A stretch of DNA of 64,000 nt from assembly GCF_963676685.1 (NCBI RefSeq), contig NC_092350.1, positions 77,190,001 through 77,254,000 of the forward strand, read 5' to 3'. This document shows positions 29,101 to 42,100 of this stretch, in pieces; position 1 is the stretch's first letter; every line of letters begins with the position of its first letter. This DNA comes from Mytilus edulis. Lineage: Eukaryota. Under the pieces are notes generated by a model that saw only the letters and a program-made list of their open reading frames with translations, had not been told where the DNA came from and did no database searches. The position numbers were made by a program, and so were the translations under genes.

Positions 29101-32100
29101 AGAGATATGTATATTCAGAAATATTTCTATAAAGTTGACAACATCTGAAGAAAAGGATATAAAATTCTTACTGATAATACATCTCGTAGCTTAAAAAACA
29201 CAGAAACACATTAGAATGATTTATTTGCGAAGAAATATCATATTCATAATTACTATTCAAATTTTGATACATAACACATAATTGTTTTCGTGTGAAATGA
29301 TCAAATGTTTAAAATATATCAATCTGAATGATAGTTTTGTTTATAAATTGAGATGTGATCTACAGCCTTTGCTGAAGTAAATAGCATCAGGGTTATGGCC
29401 TAATTTTATAATCAATCATGTTTCAAGATATTCGTTTCTTAAAGATTTAAAGGTACCCTAATGGTGAAATGTTTTAAGAAAGAATTGTAGCAGTGATATA
29501 TAAGATTCAAAGACTGACGTGATTGCTTCAATAAAGATAGAATACAAAGAGTGATATTGAATAAAATACAATGCTGTCAACAGAATATGTAAATTTTACT
29601 ACAAGATAACATATTTCAATTTTAACATAAATGAAAGAATGCAAATGTCAACATACAACTTGAACTGTGTTGTAAAATTGGGGATAACTCTTACCAGAAC
29701 TTCCAATCTTTTTTAATCCAAATAGATTTACTGCGACATGGATACCTGATTTGATTTTATAGAATTTCAAACGAAATCATAAAATATATACACATCATAT
29801 TTTGTTATATAGTTATTCATCAGTGATTTTTTCCACTATAAACTTTGTATAGAAAATTATTTTTAAACTAGCTTGTACAAGATTGTTCAGGAGAAATATT
29901 TTGATTATCAAATGATGATCATTTCAGAACCAACAAAAATAAAAAATGTCATAACCTATCAATATTTTACCATAATAACAAAACTTTGGGGCATAAGTCT
30001 TTTAATTTGAAATGTTTGACATCTGTGAGAAACAACTGTTTTTTTTTCAATTCAAGGTGAAAGTTATGATTAAACTGAATAAGAGAAATAACTACATGTA
30101 AGCTAAGGTTCTTTATCCCATCTGGTAATAGGAAACAAAAACTAACACCAATCTATATATATACCAATACATAATTCTTTGATCAAATATTTTGTAAAAT
30201 TTTGCTGATAACAATTACACCCCTTTAATGTATATGCATAAGAAATTTGTCTTAATTTTTGAAACTGTTAGACAGAGAAAATATTGAAACTTTCTGAATA
30301 TGTGAGACAAAGCATTAGTGAAGATAAGTATAGCATCAGTGATTCTAATGAGAAATTACCTACCAGTGCCTAAAATAATAAACAGAAAACTTTCTTGATT
30401 TTTGATAAATGTATTCTTAAAACCAAAAATAAATTAAAACTAGAGGCTCTAAAGAGCCTGTATCGCTCACCTTGGTCTATGGGCATATCATAAACTAATA
30501 AAAATTTACAAAATTTACGAAATTTATGAAAATTGTTTAAAATTGACTATAAAGGGCAATAACTCCTTACAGGGTCAACTGACCATTTTGATCATGTTGA
30601 CTTATTTGTAGGCCTTACTTTGCTGTATATTATTGCTGTTTACAGTTTATCTGTATCTATAACCAGATGCTCCGCAGGGCGCAGCTTAATACGACCGCAG
30701 AGGTTGAACCCTGAACGGTTGGGGCAAGTATGGACACAACATTCAAGCTGGATTCAGCTCTAAATTTGGATTGTGATTAAATAGTTGACACTGCATAGGT
30801 TTTTGACACAGAATGAATGTGGTCTAATGAGATTTAAAATATTTTTTTTGCCTTTGAGCAATTCACTATGCTGTTGAATATTAATCCTCTCAAAAAAATG
30901 TTTGAAGAAATTTTCTTTTTATTTATGAAATCTGAAATGAAAAAAATTTACCCCCGCTCCCCCTTTTTTTTTCACATCCCCCTTTCCCTTTTTCCAAAAC
31001 TGATCTCAATTCAAATTTCTAATGGAGTTTGCAACAATAACTACTCATTTAAATACATCATAAAATATTAAAATGTAAAATAAAGTGCTTGTTATCACTG
31101 AATGGTAAAGATTGTTTTAATTTATCAGTTGGTAGTAAAAGTGAATATACATTGTATATTGTATAAAACAATGATTTAAGTTGATTCAACTACTATTCTG
31201 GACAAAGAAAGATAACTCCAATTGAAAATTTCTTGCTATTGCACAATATTGTGCAATTATATATTTCTCGCTATTGCGCAATACTGTGGAATTAAAAATT
31301 TCTTGCTATTGCACAATACTGTGCAATTGAAGATTTCTTGCTATTGCTGAATACTGTGCAATTGAAAATTTCTTGCTATTGCACAATACTTAATATAATA
31401 ATTTTGGATCCTGATTTGAACTTGAAAACTGGGCCCATAATCAACAAGAGGCTGTCACAACGACAGCAAACCGGATTTATTAATATTTATTTGTGTCCTG
31501 GCAATATCACAAGAACCATTACTGACGAATGGTGAAAGTGAAAATCGTCAATATCAAATTTGACCTCCATTTTGTCATCAGTATCAACATCTTGAAATTT
31601 GAAAAGCTTAGATTGAATGGTTCATGAGTGAATGCAACAACGTGAATGGAAACGCCATTTCACAATCTTTCAAGAACCATAACTCCTGAACAGTAAAAGT
31701 CAAAATCGTCATTATTGAACTTGACCTCTAATTTGCCATCAGTAACAACATATAAAAATTTCAAAAGCTTTGGTTGAATGGTTCATGAGAAAATGCACGG
31801 ACACGACTGGAAACACCATTTTTCAATCTTTCAAGAACCATAACTCCTGAACGGTAAAAGTCAAAATCGTCATTATTGAACTTGACCTCTATTTTGTCAT
31901 CAGTAACAACATATTAAAATTTGGGAAGCTTTGGTAAAACAGTTCATGCGTAAATGCACGAACACGACTGGAAACACCATTTTTCAATCTTTCAAGAACC
32001 ATAACTCCTGAACGGTAAAAGTCAAAATCGTCATTATTAAACTTGACCTCCATTTTGTCATCAGTAACAACATATTAATATTTGGGAAGCTTAGGTAGAA

Positions 32101-33166
32101 CAGTTCATGCGTAAATGCACGGACACGACTGGAAACTCCATTTTTCAATCTTTCAAGAACCATAACTCCTGAACGGTAAAAGTCAAAATCGCCATTATTG
32201 GACTTGATCTCCATTTTGTCATCAGTAACAACATATTAAAATTTGGAAAGCTTAGGTAGAACAGTTCATGCGTAAATGCAGGGACACGACTGGAAACTCC
32301 ATTTTTCAATCTTTCAAGAACCATAACTCCTGAACGGTAAAAGTCAAAATCGCCATTATTGAACTTGACCTTCATTTAGTTGTCAGTAACAACATATTAA
32401 AATTTTAAAAGCTTTGGTTGAACGGTTCATGAGTTAATGCACGGACAACATTTGATTCCCGCCCGCCCGCCCGACCGCCCGCCCGACCGACCGCCCGCCC
32501 GACCGCCCGCCCGCCGTACATCCCCAAATCAATAACCGACATTTTTGTCACAAAAATCCGGTTAAAAATCTAAGTACATGTTTAGATTCAGCATATCAAA
32601 AAAGCCCAAGAATTCAATTTTTGTTAAAATCAAAGTTTAAATTTAGACCCTTTGAACTTTAATGTAGACCAATTTGAAAACAGGACCAAAAATTAGGAGA
32701 TAACTGTATTGTATTTTAAGCTCCGACGGCATCAATTGGGGATTTGATGGTCGCAAATTAAGTTTACTGGCGACGCGTTGATTTGGACCAACTTGAAAAC
32801 TGGGCCAATAATTAAAAATCTAAGTACATTTTTAGATTCAGCATATTAAAGAACCCCAAGGATTCAAATTTTGTTATAATCAAACTAAGTTTAATTTTGG
32901 ACCCTTTGGACCTTAATATGTAGACCAATTTGAAAACGGGACCAAAAATTAAGAATCTACATACAAAGTTAGATTCAGCATATCAAAGAACCCCAATTAT
33001 TCAATTTTTGATGAAATCCAACAAAGTTCAATTTTGGCCCCTTATTCCTAAACTGTTGGGACCAAAACTCCTAAAATCAAACCCGACCTTCCTTTTATGG
33101 TAAGGCCAAAAAAAATATATGTCTGTTTCCTGCTGCCAAGGCAAAAAAATCAGGGTCGGTAGGTCA

Positions 33167-33197
<31 letters not shown>

Positions 33198-36100
33198 ATT
33201 ATTTTTGCACTCCGTGTCAGATTTGCAGATGGTTCAATGTCATGTTTGATTAGGGTCCTGTACCCTTAAATCATTTAATCTCTTTAAAGAAGCTTTAATT
33301 AAATAATCCTACCAGTGCCGACATTTTTTAAACATTAATTGTAGCACATTTGTGCTGGGGGCAGCCATTTTGATTGTTTGGGTATAGTAAAATACGGATC
33401 TGGATCGGACCGGAAACGATTTTTTTCCGGAATTAAATAAAAAGATCTAGGGTCGGGGGCTTTGAGTCAGGGTCGGTCGGGAAACAGGAAACAGACATAT
33501 ATTTTTTTTTGGCCTAATAAACCTTGTGTTTAAATTTCATAGATTTCAATATACTTATACTAAAGTTATGGTGCGAAAACCAAGAATAATGCTTATTTGG
33601 GCCCCTTTTTGGCCCCTAATTCCTAAACTGTTGGGACCTCAACTCCCAAAATCAATCCCAACCTTCCTTTTGTGGTCATAAACCTTGTGTCAAAATTTTA
33701 TAGATTTCTATTTACATATACTAAAGTTATCGTGCGAAAACCAAGAATAATGCTTATTTGGGCCCCTTTTTGGCCCCTAATTCTTAAACTGTTGGAACAA
33801 AAACTCCCAAAATCAATCCCAACCTTCCTTTTGTGGTCATAAACCTTGTGCCAAAATTTGATTTCGATTTCCTTAAACTAAAGATATAGTGCGAAAACTA
33901 AGAAAATGCTTATTTTGGCCCTTTTTGGCCCCTAATTCCTAAAATGTTGGGACCAAAACTCCCAAAATCAATCCCAACCTTCCTTTTGTGGTCATAAACC
34001 TTGTGTTAAAATTTCATAGATTTCTATTCACTTTAACTAAAGTTAGAGTGCGAAAACTAAAAGTATTCGGATGACGACGACGCCGATGATGCAGACGACG
34101 ACGAAGACGACGATGACCCAGACGATGACGCCAACGTGATACCAATATACGACCAAAAATTTTTTACTTTTTGCGGTCGTATAATAATATTCAAGATAAT
34201 AACCAAAAGCTGCAAAATTTTCTGAAAATTACCAATTCTGGATCAGCAACCCAACAACAGGATGCCTGATTAGTCTGAAATTTTAAAAGCAGAGAGATCT
34301 TGACTTGATGAACAATTTCACCCCATGTCAGATTTGCTCTAAATGCTTTGGTTTCACAGATAGAAGCCAAAAACTGCATTTTACCCCTATGTTCTATTTT
34401 AAGCCATGGTGGCCATCTTGTTTGGTTGGCCAGGTCAACGGACACATTTTACCAAACTAGATACCCTAATGATGATTGTGGCCAAGTTTGGTTAAATTTG
34501 GCCCAGTAGTTTCAGAGGAGAAGATTTTTGTAAAAGTTGACGACGGACGCAGGACGACAACGGACGACAGACGCCAAGTGATGAGAAAAGCTCACTTGGC
34601 CCTTCTGGCCAGGTGACCTAAAAACTGAATCACTACTATAAGTAAGTTAATTTAAAAAAAAAACAAAAAAAACCCTGAAATGTTTTCTAACGGAATAATC
34701 CAATTTTGAAACATTTCTTCCCCACTTCAATCTACTCCCAAACTTCTATAAGTAAATATATGTTGAACCTCCGTTTATCTGATAAACATATGGGTAATCA
34801 GCAATGTTTCCTTAACAGGCAATTCCAGCACTTAAACCATTTTTATATGTACATAGTATAACATTTCACAAAGGAAATGGTGGATTAAACCTGGTTTTAG
34901 AGCTAGCTTAACCATCCACTTGTATGATTGTTGTTATACTAGAACGGTTTATACTTATAGTTAAAAACAGGGTCATATATAATTGGCTATATTTTAATTC
35001 TCTTGTACCAAAAGATCAGGAGAGCTTGCCTTAACTTATATATGGTTTTTTTTGTTCTTATGAGCAAGAAATATTATTAAGATAGTAAATCAGAAAGAAT
35101 TAATTTGAGTCATTTTTAAAAAAGCTTTTCAATAAGCAGATATTTTATTAATTTTTTTCTCACACCAATGTAGATAAAAGATGTAACTCCAAATCTTATA
35201 GAAAATGAAGTTAGCACAAAACTTATCTTCGCTGAAATCTTGTATCAATCCATACAATAAATATTCATTGAAACTAATTGGACCTGTATTGTGCCATGAG
35301 AATCTTTCATCTATAGTCTTAAAATTGAATAACATAGAGTCTAGAGTGGCTTCCCTATACTTACTACTTTAGTCCGGGATAAAACAACAAATTTGACATA
35401 TAACTAAGATACCATTGTACTAAGATAAAACAGTGTTACCTACACCCAGTCTTTTATAAACAAATGTCTTACCTAGAAGTAGCAGTAGTGTAGTCATGAG
35501 AAGCTGCCGCAGGGTAACGGTCTGTGGGGCTACTTTTTGGTCGGGAATATGTGTTGATGGTTTGGCTTGTTAAGTCTCGAAACATCTCATCGAAATAGTC
35601 CTTCCCTTGTCCAAGACTTTGTCCACTTCTGCCTGAACCTGTAATATGTAACATTAAACATATAAAGAGGGTTCTGTTAGGTTAGTCTTCTTATAATTTC
35701 AATTTACACTATATTTTAAAGGATATCTACTTCACTGAACAAAAAAACAAACTAAGCTATGAATACAATACTACAAACCTCTGGAGTAACCTTCCTACAA
35801 AATGTCATATGGATTATGGAGATAAAATTTTGCCAAATAACAGATCAAATTCAGAAAATATTCTCTTGAAATGTATCAAATAACTTTAAAAATTATACTA
35901 TTACTAACAGAAACATTGTGCCATTGTGATTTGAAAAAAAACCAGAACCAAATATAATAAAAAGCTCTCTTTAAATAAAAAAAATAAAGGTTTAGCAACC
36001 TGGAATTAACAAGGCTGATCTGACTGATCAACATCTGAAAATAAAGATATATAAAACGCTTGGACAGTAGAAGGTTTGAAACAATTGGAAATTAACTTAC

Positions 36101-39100
36101 TGATTGTTTCTAAAAACAACTTACTCGGAGCTGATTTGACCCTGACCACAGGTCCAACTGGACGAGGGGTTACAGGTGGTGACGGTTCAATCTGTAACTT
36201 GTTTACACTAGGTGTTGTCTCATAATTATATCTTGTGCCACTGATAGGAAAATCTGCACTGGCATCATACTCATTCTGTACACTACTGTAGAGAGGCTCT
36301 GTAGCATGTACTGTCTCTACCTGGTAACCAGAGGTCTGAGGTGGATACGTCTCTGTCTGATAAGTCTGCTGTGGATATGCAGTGGATTGAGCTGGTGGTG
36401 GTGGTGGATACGACTGATAAGATGAGGACATAGGTGGTTGGTAGGTGGTAAACACTTGAGAAGTTTGCTGAGGTGGTGGAGAGCTTGCATAGTTGTGAGT
36501 TACACTACTGGAGGTGGCCGTCTGCTTCAATGTATTACTACTGACATCTACAGGAGCAGTCAACCTACAGGTCATGAAGAAAAGAATTTTGTGTTTGATG
36601 TGTTTTATCCTTTGATTTTGCCATTTGATTAGGGACTTTCTGTTTTGAATTTTACTTTTTTTTTGCACAAGCAACAGCTATAACCTGACCACTATGTTCT
36701 CATAATGTATGTGTCTGTGAAGTGAGTGGCAAAATCATTTAAGGTGGATCGGGACTATTCGATTGCGCATAATTTCACGCATGAACTATAATGCACAGGA
36801 AAAGTATTTGTCGTAAATTCGATATTATTTTTTAAAATATTTTGATTGATTAGAAATGTTAAATCATTGTAGTTATGTCACTAAAAGAATATTTTTCGTT
36901 ATTATGTGTACCTGTTAAAAGCTCAAAATGCCATTTCACCCATTTTCACCATTTTCCCGCCAAAATTTGGGTTTTAAGGCAAAATATTTTTTTCCCCTTA
37001 TCGGTGACCTATGTTTTTTTATTTGCTCATTCTTTGAAGCTATATTGAAGCTTTTTATAATAAAGTTTTGGACCAAGTGTCATAGAACGTTTTTTTGATA
37101 TTCCAATAAAAATATGTCAACATCTCTATTTTTCCTATCATTTCATTGAAAAATGGTCTCTTTTACATACCTGTTTAAAAGTAAAATTTTGAGCTTAAAT
37201 GGTCCGTGACCCCCTATTTCTTTTTCGACCAATTTTATTCACTTTCTGTAAAGAATAAAATAACAAAAAATATGGCACTTCTGATAGAAACTTCGAATAG
37301 GCCCGAGCCACCTTAATACTGTAAATTCATTAATAATCTTGGAATACCAACTATAGTGGAATACATGGGCAAAGCTACTTAGGACGGGAAATGACAAATG
37401 TTAAACAATTTAAACATGAAAACTAATGGCCTACACTGTAGCTTCAAAATATTTTCTGTGATATTTTTTTGTATTATGTCTAAAGATGCAAGTACCGGTA
37501 TCTAAGTCAACAGTAAACCATATCTCCTTATTTTCAAAGAAATAAATCAGCTTCAAGTAAAAACAGACAATAATATACCTGCTGCCAAATTCCAAGTGCG
37601 GTAATTGACAACTTAGTCACCCTAAATGACAATACAAAAAGGCTTTGAAAGTGAAAGATGATCAATTCATATGAAAATTAAAAAATATTTCAGGTCAGTC
37701 ATTTTTAACAATCGAGCATTGGTAAGATTTACCACTGAAGTTGAGGTACTTTTATAAATACCTTCTTTCCTCCTCCTGTAACAAAGCTTTCAGTGCCTCT
37801 ATCTCAGCCTTCAGAGGGATATTGGTATCCCTGGATATATTAGCCTCCTGCATCTTAACAAATAACACCTCCTGTACCTCACGGAATCTCCTCTCCATAC
37901 TATGTAACTGGTCAGCTGACCTAGCTCTCTCGGAGTTGAGTGTTTCCTCTAATGACTGGCGCTGATGATCAATCATTCTTATCTTCAAAGAAAAAGATTA
38001 AAATATAGTTTTAATTTCCTGCATTCGTTATGTCATATTTTATTTAGTTTGTTTTCTAAGATAATTATTCAATACTTTCCTGCATTAAATAATAAATACA
38101 AGTTTTGCATAGTCTTTTTTATGGTTAAAATCACTTTCAATGTATTCAGTTTTATAAATGAAAGAAGCCAAAACAAGAGTTTAAGTAAGCAGTTCACCTT
38201 TACCTGACAGTATCAACAGCCTTTGCCTGAACTTCACAGAATTATAGATAACTACATATCAATAAGATAATATAATTTTCTTTTTTATACTTGTTTGTTT
38301 TAATTACATTATTTTTGTATGTAAGACTTACTGGGACAACATACAAAGGGAGATAACTTTAGTACATTTTTTGACAAGCTAAAAAGTGATTCATTTCTGG
38401 AAAATAATTTGCAGTTGGAAAATGATCATAAAATAAATTGAAGGGGTGCAGAGGAGGAATTTTCCTTAGAATTATGTGAGGATTATAAGAAAAGTCAGCG
38501 GTTGTTGGAGTTTAGAAAATATGGTCCTATGTCCCCTATGGATGTAATTCTTGGAACAAATAAAGTGTGAAAAAAGGTTAAACCAGGTGCTCCGCAGGGC
38601 GCAGCTTTATACGACCGCAGATGTCGAACCCTGAACAGTTGGGGCAAGTATAGACAAAACATTCAAGCGTGATACAGCTCTGAATTTGGATTGTGATCAA
38701 ATTTTTGACATTACATGGTTTTTTTTTACACAGAACAAATGTCAAGATTTTACAAATCAATTAAAGATTTCTTCTTTATACTTTTTAAATCTAAAATTAA
38801 ATAGTTGACACAGCATAGGTTTCCGACACAGAATGAATGTGGTCTAATGAACTTAAAAGTTTTTTTTTGCCTTTGAGCAATTCACTATGCTGTTGAATAT
38901 TAATCCTCTCAAAAAAATGTTTGAAGAAATTTTCTTTTTATTTATGAAATCTGAAATGAGAAAAATTTAACCCCCCCCTTTTTTTCCCATCCCCGTTTCC
39001 CTTTTTCCAAAACTGATATCAATTCAAATTTCTAATGGAGTTTGCAACAATAACTACTCTTTTAAATACATCATAAAATATTAAAATGTAAAATAAAGTG

Positions 39101-42100
39101 CTTGTTATCACTGAATGGTAAAGATTGGTTGGTAGTAAAAGTGAATATACATTGTTTATTGTATAAAACAATAAAAAAAACTTCATCGGCAACATTTTAT
39201 ATTGGCAAATTTCCAATGAAGTTATTTACATAAAGTTATTGGCAAATAAAAATAGAAAATGACATCATAGTCATGTCTGGCAAATGTCCAACATACATTA
39301 TCTAAAAACATTTTAGATAAGATAAGGAAAAAAAGCTTCATCAGCAACATTTTATATTGGAAAATTTCCAATGAAGTTATTTACATAAAGTTATTGGCAA
39401 ATAAAAATAGAAAATGACATCATAGTCATGTCTGGCAAATTTCCAACATATATTATCAACTACTATTCTATACAAAGAAAGATAACTCCAATTGAAAATT
39501 AATTGCTATTGCACAATATTGTGCAATTAGATATTTCTTGCTATTGTGCAATACTGTGCAATTGAAAATTTCTTGCTATTGCACAATACTTGATATGGAA
39601 TCCTGATTTGGACCAACTTCAAAACTGGGCCCATAATCAAAAATCAAAGTACATATTTAGATAAAGCATATCAAATAAGCCAAAGAATTTAATTTTTGTT
39701 AAAATCAAACTTAGTTTAATTTTGGACCCTTTGGACCTTAATGTAGACCAATTTGAAAACTGGACCAAAAATTAAGAATCTACATACACAGTTAGATTTG
39801 GCATATCAAAGAACCCATTTATTCAATTTTTGATGAAATCAAACAAAGTTTAATTTTGGACCCCCATTTGGACCAACTTGAAAACTAGGCCAATAATTAA
39901 AAATCTAAGTAAATTTTTAAATTCATCATATCAAAGAACCCCAAGGATTCAATTTTTGTTAAAATCAAACTAAGTTTAATTTTGGACCCTTTGGACCTTA
40001 ATGTAGACCAATTTGAAAACCGGACCAAAAATTAAGAATCTACATACATAGTTAGATTAGGCATATCAAAGAACCCCACTTATTCAATTTTTGATGAAAT
40101 CACACAATGTTCAATTTTGGACCCTTTGGGCCCCTTATTCCTAAACTGTTAGGACCAAAACTCCCAAACCTTCCTTTTATGGTCATAAACCTTGTGTTTA
40201 AATTTCATAGATTTCTATTTACTTATACTAAAGTTATGGTGCAAAAACCAAAAATAATGCTTATTTGGGCCCCTTTTTGGCCCTTAATTCATAAACTGTT
40301 GTGACCTCAACTTCAAAAATCAATCCCAACCTTCCTTTTGTGGTCATAAACCTTGTGTTAAAATTTCATTGATTTCTATTTACTTATACTTAAGTTATTG
40401 TGCGAAAACCAAGAATAATGCTTATTTGGGCCCTTTTTTGGCCCTTAATTCCTAAACTGTTGGAACCAAAATTCCAAAAATCAATCCCAACCTTCCTTTT
40501 GTGGTCATAAACCTTGTGTCAAAATTTCATAGATTTCTATTCACTTAAACTAAAGTTATAGTGCGAAAACCAAGAAAATGCTTTTTGGCCCCTTATTCCT
40601 AAAATGTTGGGACCAAAATTCCCAAAATCAATCCCAACCTTCCTTTTGTGGTCATAAACCTTGTGTTAAAATTTCATTGATTTCTATTCACTTTTACTAA
40701 AGTTAGAGTGCGAAAACTAAAAGTATTCGGACGACGACGACGCAGACGACGACGCCGACGCCAACGTGATAGCAATACACGACAAAAAAATTTAAATTTT
40801 TGCGGTCGTATAAAAACCCACACTTTTTTTCTCAATGCTTCTTGTACAATTTTAGTACAAAAAGAACCCTTTTCTATTTAAGGAATTCATCCAACAATAT
40901 CAAGAAATAAGTTTCAGATCAATCCCATAAAGAAATTTTTTAATTTTTGTGTGTAAATTTCAGTCATTCAAAACACCATGAACCTTTTCTTGCCACATCA
41001 CTTTTAAATAATGTTCAATAAGCTTCATACTGTAATTTGCATCTAATATTTGAAGATGTTTACCAGCAGGAAAATTTATTTTAATAAATTTTTAAGTAAA
41101 TTTTATTCCTTGTTTCTTTCATTCAATCATTTGCCTTTTAAATGAAAAAAAATAGTTTCAGCTTGTAGTATTTTTTATAGTGTTTTGTTTTTCTTGTTTT
41201 ATACATCTAGGATTAATTTCTTACCTCCCCTTCCAAATTTGTAATCCTAGCCTTTAAGTCACCAATACTTCCCAACACTTGAGATTTCTCCTTGTCCAGT
41301 CTTTCTATTGTACTAGCATCATTTTCCATCTGAACCTTCAAGGCAGATATCTGTTGGTCAAAGAAAACAATACAAATCATGAAAATTGTATTATATAGAA
41401 CTTATCATCTCTACAACAACAACAAGTTTGGTACAGCAGTACTAGTCAACAAGATAATTTTTTTTGTATTTTTTTCCATAAACTTCAATGTAAAAGCCCT
41501 TTACTTTTCAAACCTCCATAGACATGATAGAAAAAGACTTCTGCCTGAAGTCAATTTTTGAGAAAGAGCCCTTAGTCATGGTTAGTCTATGATCTAATTT
41601 TACTTTAAAATAAAATTGAGAATGGAAATGTGGAATGTGTCAAAGTGACAACAACCCCAACCATAGAGAACTGCTGAAGGCCACCAATTGGTCTTCAATG
41701 TAGCGAAAAATGCAGTAGTTATATTGGTAATACATTCAACATGTTTAAATGCATTATAAAACCAATGGTGAAAACATTTGTATACATCCTACATACAGGT
41801 AAACCCTTGTCATTTAAACTTTATTCCATCTTTTGTAAAAATGCACAAGTGAAGACATCCAATGCAAGAGAACTCATCTTGTGCTAAGTGTTTTATATTA
41901 GGTTATTATGTTCTTAAAACTTAGACAGTATCAAACTTGGAATTAGTTAGTTGTTACAATTACACTTACATAAGAGATAGACAGAAATGGAAAAAAGCAA
42001 TAACATATTGAATTAATTCCCTTGGATTTTGTATGGGATTGATAAATTAGCATGCATCTGTCCTGTCAAACTGGTATTAAGTCTGGTATTAATGGGAAGA

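Larger units (their letters stand above)
30661..34183 (-). mobile_element. HINE family A copy nested in family C
   Basis: aaccagatgctccgcagggcgcagc..atacgaccgca … gcggtcgtat. Collinear with 38581-40816 and 49480-51353. Confidence 0.85.
30438..34624 (-). mobile_element. HINE family C copy (outer shell of nest)
   Basis: Hairpin aggctct-aa-agagcct plus subTIR gctcacct, far end aggtgacctaaaa, (GAC)-rich tract. Sequence resumes at 34184 after the family A insert. Confidence 0.85.
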
